This document shows, in pieces, positions 217,932 through 233,100 of a stretch of 248,000 nt of DNA. Position 1 is the stretch's first letter. Every line of letters starts with the position of its first letter. The notes beneath the pieces are model-generated. The model made no database searches, was not told the DNA's origin, and was given only the letters and a program-made list of their open reading frames with translations. Source of the DNA: Octopus vulgaris. Lineage: Eukaryota. Made by a program: the position numbers and the translations under genes. The stretch covers positions 189,740,001 through 189,988,000 of the forward strand of contig OX597815.1 in NCBI GenBank assembly GCA_951406725.2. The letters are read 5' to 3'.

Positions 217932-220900
217932 GAGAGCAATGATGATGATGAAGACGACAACAATAATGATGATGACGATGATGATGACGACGACAATGAT
218001 GATGATAAGTCTAAAATTTCCTTTTAATTTCATACTATACATACTCTTTTACTCTTTTACTCTTTTACTGGTTTCAGTCATTTGACTGTGGCCATGCTGG
218101 AACACCGCCTTTAGTTGAGCAAATCGACCCCGGGACTTATTCTTTGTAAGCCCAGTACTTATTCTATCGGTCTCTTTTGCCGAACTGCTAAGTGACATGG
218201 ACGTAAACACTCCAGCATCGGTTGTCAAGCAATGCTAGGGGGACAAACACAGACACACAAACATATACACACACATACATATATATACATATACATATAT
218301 ACGACAGGCTTCTTTCAGTTTCCGTCTACCAAATCCACTCACAAGGCATTGGTTGGCCCAAGGCTATAGCAGAAGACACTTGCCCAAAATGCCACGCAGT
218401 GGGACTGAACCCGGAACCATGTGGCTGGTAAGCAAGCTACTTACCACACAGCCACTCCTGCACCAATATACTTATATTGTTTTTGCTAAAATTCTTCTCT
218501 TTGACCCTTTTTTTTGGCAACTTTGCTTGATACCATTTCCAAGTATGAAACCAGTAAGGTTTGGACTTTTAAGAGAAGAATCAGACCAAGAACTAAATAA
218601 TATCAACATTTCTAAAAATTCTTCCCTGTCTTCTAAAGTCAGGTTCTCTTGTTAATTTTGAGCTTCGGCTTTGCAACTCATTAACAGGGAACTTAAAATA
218701 TGTCTGAACCAATGATTTAAATATATATATAAAAACATACTTAAATATACATAAAATATACTTGATTAAAATATACTTCCATGTACTTTAACTTCACTTA
218801 ATTAAATTATACTTAAATATATTTAAAATATATATAATTAAAATATTCTCAAATATACTTAAATTATTCTTAATTAAAATATACTTAAATAAGCTTAAAA
218901 CATAATTAGTGTTTAAGTATGTCTTGTACAGTATTTATGTACTCTTCACTTTCACTTTATGCAAATGAGTTATATCTGGTACAATTTTGTTTAAATTTTA
219001 ATATATAGACTTTTGCTACATTTTTCTGGCATTTCGGAGGAAATTAGAAAGCAAATTTTAATGATAAACAAAACATAGTCAGTTCAATCCACATTTCCAG
219101 TTTAGTGAAATTTAGGTCCTTCATAGGCCTAATTTCACTAAATACATACACATACAACAAGTACATTCATAATACAATTCTATATTTAAGAGATGAGGAA
219201 TTATGTTCATTATTTACATTATTTACATTATTACGTTTATATATTTGTTGTGCTAAACTGGCAAAAAGACCATTCCGAAATACAACAATTATTTACATTA
219301 TTTACATTTGATGGATATTTGTCCTCATCTTGTTTGTTGTTAACACAATGTTCCGGCTGATATACCCTCCAGCCTTCATCAGGTGTCTTGGGGAAATTTC
219401 GAACCTGGGTTCTCATTCCTAAGGTATTTTTCGATGTTATTATTATTATAAAAAGCACTCACTACACTCTCGGAGTGGTGCAGCCTTTCGGCTCAACAGC
219501 CCTCAGTCAACCCATCCAACCCATGCCAGCATGGAAGACGGATGTTAAACGATGATGATGATGATGATGATGATGAGGTTGATGATATACAAATGAAATA
219601 TGCCTTGTACAATTTGCAAATACTTTAATCAGCATCCCTCAGCTAAGTCATTGTGTATACTCTTTACTCTTTACTCTTTACTCTTTTACTTGTTTCAGTC
219701 ATTTGACTGCGGCCATGCTGGAGCACCGCCTTTAGTCAAGCAAATCAACCCCGAGACTTATTCTTTGTAAGCCCAGTACTTATTCTATCGGTCTCTTTTG
219801 CCGAACCGCTAAGTGATGGGGGATGTAAACACACCACAACATCGGTTGTCAAGCAATGCTAGGGGGACAAACACACACAAACACACACACATACAAATAT
219901 ATACATATATATATACATAAATTTAAAAAATTGAGGGAGATAAATTAATATTAATTTTAATATCAATTTAAAACCAGTAGTCCAGCATTCAAAAAATCTG
220001 AGGAGTCAGAGAAAATTCAAATATATGTGTATATTGGCAGGGCTGGCCTGCTAGGTAGCCGGCCAGAATGCTAGAAAAAGATCATCAACGATCAAACTAC
220101 AAGGGAAATTCTCTAGAGAATTTCTTTAGAGAATTTCCCTTGTAGTTTGATCGTTGATGATCTTTTTCTAGCATATATATACATATATACGACAGGCTTC
220201 TTTCAGTTTCCGTCTACCAATTCCACTCACAAGGCATTGGTCGGCCCGGGGCTATAGCAGAAGACACTTGCCCAAGATGCCACACAGTGGGACTGAACCC
220301 GGAACCATGTGGTTGGTTAGCAAGCTACTTACCACACAGCCACTCCTGCACCTATATTTATATCTATATTTATTCATAACCAGTTCTGTAGTTGTGCCCA
220401 AGTAATATACTGTTGCACATGCATTTTTTTTCCAAGATATTAGAAATAACATTGAAAATCAATCAGTGTATTAGCATATTACTAGAATACTCTTATAGTA
220501 TTGGTCTCTTTCTTTTACTCTTTTACTTGTTTCAATCAGATTCTTAATACATAAATGTTTTTAATTGCAATGCAATTAACTTCTTTATTGTATTAAGCGG
220601 GTGAAGGTAAAGAAATATTTTTACCGTTAATTTATAATACAAATAAGAAAATGGAGAAACAAATTTAGTTTGTTCATCAACTTTCGGATATTAGAATGTT
220701 GAATTATTTATTCATTTAACAAAATGAGAACCGCGAACCTCCGACTGTGAGTCCACTGCCCTAACTACTGGGCCATAGCACCTCCAAAAGTGAATTAGGT
220801 ATAACTTATTTGCATAATAATATATTTAAACTTGTACTATATGACAGTAAGGAGTACATAAAGAAATAATGTAGAATAGAAATGGTTGTTAAGTATGATG

Positions 220901-221816
220901 GATGGCAAGAATAACAAGACTGTGGTTTAAACAAATCTAATTGAAATATCAACCACATAGACTACAGAAATAATAACCTGCCAACAATCATATTGGAAAT
221001 GAGCAAGTTTTAACAACCAGTTAAGTGCAGGAGATAAAATCATAAAAATGGGGTTGAATAGAAGTAATTATTGCTAATCAAATGTTCCTATTTATGATTA
221101 ATAAGATCAATATCGACCAAAGTCCTTGAATGGGAATCAGTACAAAAGCTGCCTTTTAGAATTTGACTTGAAAATTTCGAAAATACTTTTTCATGCTCTT
221201 TTGCTTCTTATTATTATTAGAGTTTAGTGATTATAGCGTCATTTCATGGACATTTCTTCAAAGACTGGTTGACCACTTGGGAAAAGCCAAATGAATAAAG
221301 GAGTCTCTACATAATCACTACAGAAATAACAGCCAAAGCTTCTTTAAATCACATCTCGTTACACTTAAAAGAGAAGGATATATTGAATAACATAGTCCTA
221401 GCTACAACTGTCATGATGAAACTAACTCTGATTAACCTAGGGCTAAATAAGTAAATGCTATATAATTCTGCATTTAAACCTACCATGTCAGACACAAATA
221501 TTTTACCAGGTTTATTTTCAAACTGACCAGATTAAGCATCTCACACCTACTCTATAATGTCATAGAAAAACTAAGCAATCACATCATTGAAATCTTGAAC
221601 ATGCAAGATACTCTTTTACTTTGTTCAGTCATTTGACTGCAGCCATGCTGGAGCACCGCCTTTAGTCGAGCAAATCGACCCCAGGACTTATTCTTTGTAA
221701 GCCTAGTACTTATTCTATCAGTCTTTTGTCGAACCGCTAACTTATGGGGACGTAAACACACCAGTATCGGTTGTCAAGCGATGTTTGGGGGGGGGGGGGG
221801 ACAAACACACATTTAT

Positions 221817-221850
<34 letters not shown>

Positions 221851-224800
221851 GACGGGCTTCTTTCAGTTTCTGTCTACCAAATCCATTCACAAGGCTTTGG
221901 CCAGCCCGAGACTATAGTAGAAGACATTTGCCCAAGGTGCCACGCAGTGGGACTGAACCTGTAACCATGTTGTTGGTAAGCAAGCTACTTACTACACAGC
222001 CACTCCCGTGCCTACGGATTAGATAAATTTTGCTAGAAAAAGTATCAAAATTTCACTGAAATGTATTCCAATACTTTAAAAAAGGAAGAACACATTGGAT
222101 AATGTAATCCCAAATATATGCGAATAAAAGATTGAATGGTCATGGCTTGAATGCCTTTGATCTATGATCTGCTCAGTCAGGCTTAACCTGGGGCTAAACA
222201 ACAACAATAGCTGTGTTTATGCAAGTCAATGAGGAAACAACAACAACAAAATTAGGAGCACTCAGCCAGTTATGACGACAAGGGTCCCAGCTGATATGAC
222301 TAAAGGAACAGCTTGCTTGTGAAATTAATGTGCAAGTGGCTGAATACTCCACAGACACGTGTACCCTTAATGTCATTCTCAGGGAGATTCAGCATGACAT
222401 AGTGTGACAAGGCTGGCCCTTTGAATTTACAGGTATTTTTCATTTTTGCCAGCTGAATGGACTGGAGCAACGTGAAATAAAGTGTCTTGCTCAAGGACAC
222501 AACACATAGCCAGGAATTGAACTCACGACCTACAATCGAAAGCCAAATGCCCTAACCACTAAACCATGCACCTTCATAACAACAACAACAGCCAACAACT
222601 CCATATGTATATCTTCAGCCAAAGAAACGTCTTCGTATTTCTAGTCATTATTTATACATCTCTGACTAGTTAATCACGGGGATGGTCATGGCTGGAATAC
222701 CAATGATATAAATTTGCTCGATCAGAGTTGACCTGGTGGGTGTGTGAGAAAGGGCTACTGACAACTGTATTTACAATTCTACTTCACTTCCAAGAGCTAG
222801 ACAGATCAATAATAGAAAACAGGAGATGTATGCAGAGTGCGTAGTAATACTAATATGATATTTCCATTTCATATTTGCTGCGCTGTTTATGAGCATAATA
222901 TACTGTCATTTAAGCAGATGATGTTTATTCTGTACACTCTAGTTCAGTAGCTGCTACACACCAACGTTAGAACAATGGATAATTGACGAGCAATGAATAA
223001 ATGATGAGCAGATCTGTGGCTTACAGTTTTGGCATTAGATTCTTACTAAAGATATTTTGTTCTTTATGAGACACAGAAAGAAAGCACTCTGTAGTGTATT
223101 TATATATATATATATATATATATGAGTTGTTTTTCTTTTATTCTGATACAGAAATGGACTGCAAGATTGATTATAAACCCAAGAGTATTGGGCTATTTCT
223201 ACAGACAGTTCTTAAGAAATTAAGATTAGTATTTTCCATCATAAATATTTGTTACCAATTAACTGATATTAAAGTTCTTGGTAATATAATGTGATATTAT
223301 TGCTGTTGCATTTTATGTTTTTATGGATTATGTTACAGAAATTATCATATGTGTAATGAGAATTGATTTTCTTGATGGGAAGCCTCTAACAGTGCAGCTT
223401 GACCAGACATATGCTGAGAAAGTAGATGAAAAGGCATTCAATAAGTACTTCTAGTCATAACTAGTTTGTCTTTCGGGGAGATATGCAATCGTAAAATTAA
223501 GGGGTGCTTTAAAATAAAGGGCTTAAAGTATGCAATATATTTGTAAAATTTATCATGAGGTTTGTTTTTTTTAAGGCAGTTTTAACTCTGGCATTGAAGT
223601 GGTTAAGTGATGCCATAAAAGTCCCTGCCACAGCTTGCTTCCAACCCTAATGGTATTGACGGTGAGCTGGCAGAATCGTTAGCACGCCAGGCGAAATGCT
223701 TAGCAGTATTTCGTCTGCCGCTACATTCTGAGTTCAAATTCCACCGAGGTCAACTTTGCCCTTCATCCTTTTGGGTCGATTAAATAAGTACCAGTTACAC
223801 ACTGGGGTCGACATAATCGACTTAATTCGTTTGTCTGTCCTTGTTTGTCCCCTCTGTGTTTAGCCCCTTGTGGGTAGTAAAGAAATAGGTATTTCCTCTG
223901 TTTTTACATTCTGAGTTCAAATTCCGCCAAGGACGACTTAGCCTTTCATCCTTTCGAGGTCGATTAGATAAGTACCAGTTACGCACTGGAGTCAATATAA
224001 TCGACTTAAGCCCCTTGTGGGTAGTAAAGAAATGGGTATTCTTTCAGTTTTTCTTTTACTCTGTTACTCGTTTAACTGTTTCAGCCATTAGACTGTGGCC
224101 ATGCTGGGACACCACCTTGAAGACTTTAGTTGATCAAGTTATCCCTTATATTCAAAGTTTGGTACTTATCCTAATAGTCTGTTTATTATTGAACTGCTGT
224201 GTTGGAGGGACATAAACAAACTAACACCAGTTAGCTGTCTGTGAGAGAGACAAACACACAGAGAAAGATGCACACACCATACTCTTGCTCTTCCCCCCAC
224301 TATCCATCTTTACTTTTTGTCGCCTCTGCCATTGCCAATCACCCCCTTATTGACACCACCCTACACATAGCCCCCACCTTCTCCCCAGCCACTTGTTCCT
224401 TCCTCCCTTTCACACATTCTGTTCCTTCAGATGTTCTTGCATCTGTTTGTCTTTTCTTTTCTCTCTCTAATTCTGTTTGTCTTTTCTTTTCACTCTTTAA
224501 TTCCACCCTACATTCACTTAACCAAATTTACCCTAAATCAGTATTTCTCAACCAGGGTTCATGTTGACCACTAGCATTTGGCCCGGCGTGCTAACGTTTC
224601 TGCCAGCTTGCTGCCTTACATAAAATATGTATTCTTTTCTACTCTAGGCATAAGGCCCAAAATTTTTGGGGAGAGACCCAGCCAATTAGATCGATTCCAA
224701 TTCACAACTGGTACTTGATTTATCAACCCTCGAAAGGTGAAAGGCAAAGTCGACCTCGGTGGAATTTGAACTCAGGATGTAAAGACAGACGAAATACCAC

Positions 224801-224879
224801 TAAGCATTTCACCCGGTATGCTAACGTTTCTGCCAGCTCGCCACCTTGAATGGATAACATTTTTTAATTTTTTTATTTA

Positions 224880-225120
224880 TCTAGTTTCAGCTCACATGCT
224901 GTGGCCATGCTGGGGCACCGCCATTTGGTGTTGCTACATGATTTTACTTCACGAGTGCTTTTTAGCAATTGCCATTTGGTGCATGAGAGAGTTCGATGCA
225001 GCTGCCCTCATCTGCACCTCCTGCCATGAAGTTGGTTCATCTGGGATGCCTGACAAGAAGAGATCCAGTTTCATTTTAAAGACATCTGCGTCCACCCCAT
225101 GCATGTCTCTTAGGTTCTTA
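224880..225120 (-). mobile_element. Second 3' fragment of the same CR1/L2-group LINE
   Basis: Same VFKMKLDLFLSGIPDEP...AASNSL region and the same 3' stem-loop tail. Confidence 0.78.
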
Positions 225121-226363
225121 GCATATAATGCTAAATAAAAAACCGGATGACTACAGCTGGAATGTGGATCCCTTTGTTTCTTATTTTATGGATCATAGGT
225201 CTGCTGGATCAAATTTAATCTGATAATAAAAAAATACAGTATTGCACTATAGGGACAATTATTGTCTTTTGTATTGGTGTCATTGGCAAGTATATATATG
225301 TTGGAAAGTATATATATGTAGTTATAAGATCTAAGGACCTAAGCGTAAGAAGTTTGTAAGCTTCAAGCAGTCCTTGGTGAGTAAAAAAAAATGTACAGGA
225401 ACAATAGCAACTTATTGGTGCCAAAGGCTGTAGGCTTTCAAATTATATCTATAGTGAGTTAAGTTGGGGTTCCTTAATGACAAAGTAATCTTCATATAAT
225501 TAATGTATCTGCAGCCTAGTGAGTAGCTAGTTGAGTACTCCTCATTGAGTAATTATGACATCAGAGGGTCAACTAGCTAGGAAACATATGCAGACTGGAT
225601 TTTAACTGCTCCTCTCCCTTAATTTGGATGTGTGTATGTCTGTCTGTCTGTGTCTATATTTGTTATTAGTGACAAGCAGTAATAGTTCAGAATAGCATTC
225701 TGTATATCTTACTCAATGTGGTTATGGTCTAGAAGCCAGAAAGTCTATGAGATGCTTTCTCAAGATGAATACCGCAGTAGTGTGGCTTTCTATAGTATAT
225801 ATCCAAGTAAACGGAAAAATATATACGTACATGCATACATAAATACATATACCCAATGCAGGAAAAGCAGTAAAATGTGACAACCGATGCACACCTTGCG
225901 TAGTTAACTCCAAAGATACCACCCACATCATATGCAGTTGTCCAAAAATGTCCTCATGGTATTATCTACATTGTAATCCAACATCAGACAGTTGTAAGAC
226001 CCACTCCGGTATCACACTATAGTTAACTAGACAAGTAAGGACATGACTGTCTATAACCAGCTTTGCCAACTTCTTGACCCCTCAACGTCCTATGTCACAG
226101 TATTTATAATGACTATCACATACCACTCATCGTGTGGGAGGGGTGTTCCATTATTACTATTATCCCCATAACGTCTCCACTTTTAATTTTGATTTTTTTC
226201 TCCTAGGGAGTGTAATTTTATTTCTTTTTATTAACAATAGTTTTTACATCACCCTACCTCCTTTTCGGGTTTTTGTTTTTTCATACAGTTATAAATTTAA
226301 TATTTTCCCGTTTGACATCCACTTCCAGGGACTCAGTACATTTTCTTCACTTAGCTTAAAACC

Positions 226364-226654
226364 TCATTCTCTTATCTTTTTGACAACCCTTTTTACATGT
226401 TCTAAATGTTGTTCGTGTGATCCACTTTTTATTAGGACATCATCTAGATTGGCAATAGTAAAATCACAGTCTGCCTGCATTGTATCCATTACTTGTTGAA
226501 ATACAGAAGGAGCCACTTTTGCACCAAAGGGAAGCCGTTCAAATTTAAACAAGCCACAGTGTGTATTAACGGCTAAGTGTGAGCATTCTTCTACTTGGAT
226601 AGGTAAATATGCCTCTGAGAGGTCTAATTTTGAGAAGAATTTCTCTCCATTCAA
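226364..226654 (-). pseudogene. Gypsy RT fragment
   Basis: FSKLDLSEAYL...NTHCGLFKFERLPFGAKVAPSVFQQVMD...NLDDVLI. Confidence 0.85.
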
Positions 226655-226889
226655 TTATGCAAACACTTCTTCAGGACTCAGCGATGGGTAATTATGCGAG
226701 ATTAAGCAATCGTTCAAACCCATCGAAAAATATGCCCCAACTCATAACTTATTATTTTTCTTTTACATAGACCATAGGTGCTGTTCAATCTAAGTGGTCT
226801 GTCTTCTCAATTATTCTTAGCCTTTCAAGTCTTTCAAATTCCCTATTTACCTCTTCTAGCACCGTGAACGTTACATTATGCTTTTGGCT

Positions 226890-227765
226890 TAAATACAGGT
226901 GTTACGGTTTATTTTAATGCAATATTTTCCTTTGTTTTCATACAGCAGCCCAGTTCATTCGAAAAAACATCTGGGAATAAATGTTTTATTTTTCATTTCA
227001 ATCCCTCAGCCGCATTCAAACCTTTGACTGAACCAACTATATTCCCACACAAAACACTTATGGGTGTATTTTACAATTTGAACAGTTCCATGCACTCTGA
227101 ACTGAATAGATTAACTGCATTTTTTAACACATATACTTTTGCCATTTTCATTTGGTCACAAATTGTCACATTACTGGGGTACCAGTCTTTCTCTTTTCCC
227201 TACCCTCTGCCTTCAGCACTTGACATTTTTATAGAGAACCCATTTCTTGTCACCACTATTCAGTCTAAAAATGGTTCATTCGTAAGACATGACAGCAAAA
227301 GAGAGCACACATTCAATGTCTGCGCGCGATGAGACTCAATAAGTTTGTGAAGAGCCTGCTGACTCAATTTGCTGACTTTTCCAATGGCATGTAGGTGTTG
227401 ATGAATGGTTGAATGACCAAATCCAAGCTTCTCTGCTAGTTCCTCAACCGTTAGGGTTTGCAGGACATCATCATCGAGCTCTGCAGATCTTCCAGGATAA
227501 GGCTCCTCTTCTAGGCTGTAGTTCCCAGCTTGCAATTTTGGGAACTACCGCTGATACTGGCTTATTGTCCAATCTCCATATACTACATTAATATTCTTCG
227601 CACTTTCCTTTGTGTTGTTGCCGTTATTGAACTCATAAAGCAAAATATGCCGAATATGCTCCTTTGTTACTTCCATAATAGCTTTGAAAAAATAACTGTT
227701 AAAATCGAACTGCACTCTTCAAAACTTGCACTAAGAATAAGGAACACGGTAAAATTACTACCTGC
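226890..227765 (-). mobile_element. Mariner remnant nested in the Gypsy element
   Basis: GNYSLEEEPYPGR...TVEELAEKLGFGHSTIHQHLHAIGKVSKL; ends approximate. Confidence 0.7.
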
Positions 227766-228248
227766 TTTTATAACAAATTGATATAGGTAGTTTATCCCAT
227801 CTCTCTCCAACTTTTAGTTAACAAACAAGTGGTATGTGATAGTCATGGTATGTGATAGTCATTACAAATACTGTGACATCACAAAAATCAAATTATCTAT
227901 AGGCTGACCCAATACTTCCAAGTTTCTTCAGTTACAGTATCTAACTGCATTTTAACTCTTATATTATATTTTCAATCAACACATTTACGAATTCCCTCTT
228001 TGTCGCATTACCATTTTCTTTTGACAACATCTTGTTTACTTTTTCCTTTGTTCCAACGTTTTGTCATCTTGGTTTTTCAGGGCACTTTTATATATCCAGT
228101 TTTTCCACAACAGAAACATCCCACGTTCTTAAATGGACAGTTTTTTTCTCAGCTATAGACCGCCACATTCAAAACATGGCTTTGTTTCCTGACTTTTGTC
228201 CTGTTTCTACTGTATTTCAGTACAAACACGATTTCTATTCTGCCTGTT

Positions 228249-229109
228249 TTACACTTGTTTCGCTTGGGAACAATCTTTATGTTCAATTTTGTCTGTGACA
228301 TGTCTTCGATTTACTACTCTTTCACACTCTTCTGGCACTTGTGGTAAGGTTACAGCCTGGTTGTGTTCCAGTTTAGCAAGAATTCTTGTTCTTATTTCTG
228401 TGCTTTTTTCTGCCATTAGCCCCTGAGTAAATATCAGGCACTTGAGCATGTCTGGCATTAACTCATCCAGTTTGAACTTTTCACATTCTGTGTCAACTCT
228501 ACCAACATATGTGATGTAGTCCTCCTCATTGTTCTTTCCTAGATTCAAACATTTCCAGCATGTATTGAACAACAAGCTTTTCTTGCTAAAAATTCTACAC
228601 AATATGTCTTTTGTATTTTTAAAGTTTATATCAAAAGGGTTTTGCGGGAGTATGGAATTTCTGTGACCCTCATGTTCTTCTGCTGCCAGTTTTCTTAGGA
228701 TCAGACACGTATTCATATCGTCATCCCAATCTTTGCACTCTTTACTGAAGATCTGTTTGTATCTTATATAGTACACCTTGAAGTTAACTCCTTCATCTGG
228801 TTCGTATCGGAATTCTGTTAATTGAGTTTGCAACATTATCTGGTGAGAACATGTCCTTTCAGCATTTTTGGATAACTTACTATTCATTAATTGCAATATC
228901 TGCTGCTGTAATAATAACTGTTGTTGCAGTTGCTGTAATTGTTGTTGTTGTTGCAGCTCGAGCAAAGTGACCAACAATTCTTCCATAATTTTACAATTTT
229001 GTATATCATAAAATTCACACAAAAAACTGTTGTGAGTTTCATAACTCCTTGTGAATTTGTTTGATCCTAGTGAGTTTGTTAATTTCTTATCACCACTATT
229101 ATAATCCAA
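228249..229109 (-). pseudogene. Gypsy gag-like ORF
   Basis: LTEFRYEPDEGVNFKVYYIRY...KSLLFNTCWKCLNL...LKCLIFTQGL...IRTRILAKLE; decayed zinc knuckle just downstream. Confidence 0.8.
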
Positions 229110-230069
229110 CTGTACTCCGGTATAGCAATACAGTTAGTTAGACAAGACACGACTATCTATGATTAACTTCAACTTCTCAATCACTTGACTTCCTACATCA
229201 CAGTATTTGTAACGACTAGCACAACCACATATCACATGGGAGGAGTGTTCTATAATTATCATTATCCCCATAACAATCTACCAATGAGACATGATATTGT
229301 AGCTAGGACACTGTATTACAAGATCCATCAAAAGGATAACCCTGAGTACAAAGAAATAAGAAACCACAGTATTGTAGAAGCCATAGCCACTCATAATAAA
229401 AAGGAATACTGGTGGAATGTCTCAGTGAAAACTTCAATAAAATGTAAGCACAACAGACCTGATATAATGATTTGGGATAGAGAAGAGAAACTGTGCACAG
229501 TTGTAGAAATTAGCTGCCCAACAGATGTTAACATAAAGCTGAAGATCAGTGTAAAAGAGAACACCTATGCTGAACTATTGAGAAATCTACAGTTACTCTA
229601 TCCAGATTACAAGTTCAGGTTTATACCTGTAGTTATTGGGGCTCTGTAATATGTAACACACTGCCTAAATACTAATCTTGAGAAATTAGGCTTTTCAAAT
229701 CCAGGAAGGAGAAAGCTAATTCGAAGACTACAGATCCAATCCATCACTGGAACTGTAAAAATCTGTAAAACTTTCCAGAAGTTTATCATTTAAATATATA
229801 TGAGCATGTCTAGATATGCAACTATATGCATGAGAATACTTACATAAAACAGAACATACAAATCTAAACATATACATACATACATACATACAAAAATACC
229901 CTGTTGTTGATGTTGAAATTCCAATGAAGTATCCTTGGATCTTGGTTAGAAACTAACTCTTTCCCTATTGGCAAGAAATCTTGAAATAAAACTGAATAAT
230001 GACATACATACATAACATATACATACATACATACATACATATATACATAAATAATATATACATACATAA

Positions 230070-230168
<99 letters not shown>

Positions 230169-233100
230169 ATATATATATATATATATATACATACATACAT
230201 ACATACGTACATACGTATGTATGTATAGACGTGTATGTGTTTATGTATGTATATATAAATATATATATACATATATATAAACATATACATACATACATAT
230301 ATGCATGCATGCATGTATGCATACATACATGGATGCATGCATACATACATATATACATAAAAAAATACACACACATTCACACACATATATGTATGTATGT
230401 ATGTATGTATATATGTACATCTTAAGTATGTAGAACATTTTTCATTACTTGAAATTGTGCCAAGACTGCTATCATTCTTATGGCATTATTTCCAGCTATC
230501 AAAGTCATGATGGTGACAACTTCCCGACTTTATTATTATTGCTTCATCGTCTTTTTTGTTAAATGATTATAGCTTCTTCAGGCTCTCAACATATTATTAA
230601 AGTTTATCAATTCTTTGATTTATATACTCAATGGCAGCATTGCTAGACACATTTTATATAACCATGTAGTATCGTTTTGTTTGATATCAATATTAAAATG
230701 CCATATTAGATTATATGGAAACTACGCGTCTATTTCCCATGGGAGATATTAATTTTGCCATTTTCTTTGATATAATATTAACAGTTATTTGATGTGGGTT
230801 TTCTAACATTGCATTTTTTATTGTATTTTTTTGTTATTATTATTATTTTTTTTTGTAAGTATTGGATGTGTTGATGAATAATATTATTATATATTACAAT
230901 AGACCAAACTACTTAAATTTTCCAACTTTTAGATGTTTCATGAATGATAAAACAGAATGATAAAACTAACCAACAAGTTATTTTCCTGAAATATTTACAT
231001 CTTCACTTCAAAATATTCATATTATTTTCAGACTGATATTACCCAGAATTGATATTCTAATCTAATATCAAAGAATTTGTCAATTTTCTGAAATTTCTTT
231101 AGTGTAATTTTCTAGTTTGCCAAACACAATAGCTACGTTATTATTGGAAGATATTCCTTGGTTTCTTAACCAAAAATTTCATTTTTGATAGGGTTATTTT
231201 TTATTTGTTTTTTATCATTTATCTTTTACTTGTTTCAGTCATTAGACTGTGGCCATGCTGGGGCACCACCTTGAAGAATTTTTAGTTGAATAAATTCACC
231301 CCCCATGTACTTCTTGTTTATATTTTTTTAAAGCCTGGTACTTCTTTTATCACTCTCTTTAGCTGAAATATTATCAAGTTATGGGGGTCATAAACCCACC
231401 GACACCAGTTTTCAAGTGTTAGTGGGAAACAAACACAGGTACAGAGATATACACACACTCATACATACATACATGCATGCACACACACATGCATACACAC
231501 ATACACATGCACACACACACACACATGCACACATGACAGGCTTCTTTCAGTTTTCATCTACCAGATCCACTGATAAGGTTTAGATCAGCCTGAAGTTATA
231601 TTGGAAGACACTTGTGCAAGGTGCCACGCAGTAGGATTGAACCTGGAACCACGTGGCTGAAAAGTAAACTTCTTACCAAGCAGCCATACCTGTTGTGACT
231701 TTTGTTTCATTTTTCTCATTCAGTTGTGTTCCCCTTGTATTGGCTGGTTCCTTTCTCTCTGAAGTTCTCTTTAGAGATTTTTGTCTGCTACAGTAATGAA
231801 TTCTTACAAAGAATTTGAGATTATTATTATTATTATAGGATATTATTTACCATGGATCGTGGGGCGACCTGCTGTGGTTGAGGAGACCTATTGAGTCAAG
231901 TACATCAACATCAAAATAAAAATCAAATGGAAATTGTAGTTGTGATACCCTTGCCAGTGGCACATAAAAAGCACCATCTGAACATGGGCGATGCCAGCCT
232001 CCTCTGGCCCCTGTGCCGGTGGCACGTAAAAAGCACCCACTACACTCACAGAGTGGTTGGTGTTAGGAGGAGCATCTAGCTGTAGAAACACTGCCAGATC
232101 AGACTGGTGCAGCTTCCTGGCTTTCCAGACCCCAGTCGAACCATCCAACCCATGCTAGCATAAAAAACGGACGTTAAATGAAGCACAAGGTTTCAAAACT
232201 TTTGTGGGAAGATCAGTCATTTGAATCATTCCAATTTAATATATCAACCCCAAAAAGAACGTAAACTAAAGCTGACATAGTAAAGCTGACCTTTGCTGTT
232301 ACCAAACATTCCCTTACTGACACTGGCCCTCAAATATCCCTGACCTGCCCCACCAGAATCTTGCTTCTTTTTGTCTCCCACTCATTCTGGTCCTTCTGTT
232401 ATCTTTGTTCTCTGTCTGTTTGTTTCTCTGGTATTGTTGGCTTTTGATACCAAACAACCCACGACTGTCTATTGCTCCATGTTAAAAATTCCTTGTTTTA
232501 AAGCAATCTAAATTAAAACCTATAAAAATTCTTTATTAATTTACATTCCGAACACTAGTTTGATAACACTTTTACTCTTTTACTTGTTTCAGTCATTTGA
232601 CTGTGGCCATATTGGAGCACCACCTTTAGTCAAGCAAATTGACCCCAGGACTTATTCTTTGTAAGCCTAGTACTTATTCTATCAGTCTCTTTTGCCAAAC
232701 CACTAAGTTATGGGGACATAAACACACCAGCATCGGTTTGTCGGGGGACAAACACAGACACACAAACATATACATGCATATGCATACATACATACATATA
232801 CATATATAGGACGGGCTTCTTTCAGTTTCCATCTGCCAAATCCACTTACAAGGCCATGGCTATAGTAGAAGACACTTGCCCAAGGTGCCACACAGTGGGA
232901 CTGAACCCAAAACCATGTGGTTCGTAAGCAAGCTACTTACCACACAGCTACTCCTACAAACAAGTTATATTAAATTCTTCATTATTTTTAAAATGAATTC
233001 TAACAATGGTTGTGTATTTCATCAGAAATGTAATAACAAAAGGGTTAATCTCAGCTTAAACCTTGTCAAACAGCTCAACCATCAAAGATAATCTAGATGT

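Larger units (their letters stand above)
225972..229275 (-). mobile_element. Decayed, internally deleted Ty3/Gypsy LTR retrotransposon
   Basis: Diverged LTRs at 229100-229275 and 225972-226173 (TGTTATGGGGATAAT...TTACA); PBS-like TGGTGATAAG at 229086-229095; PPT AAAAGTGGAGA; gag and RT fragments. Confidence 0.85.
225855..229998 (+). mobile_element. R4/Dong-type (restriction-like endonuclease) retrotransposon 3' fragment, split by a Gypsy insertion
   Basis: KCDNRCTPC...HIICSCPKMS..YYL (225870-225968) resumes as PMRHDIVA...RPDIMIWD...VVEISCP...KENTY...IPVVIGAL (229277-229790), then the 3' UTR. Confidence 0.85.
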
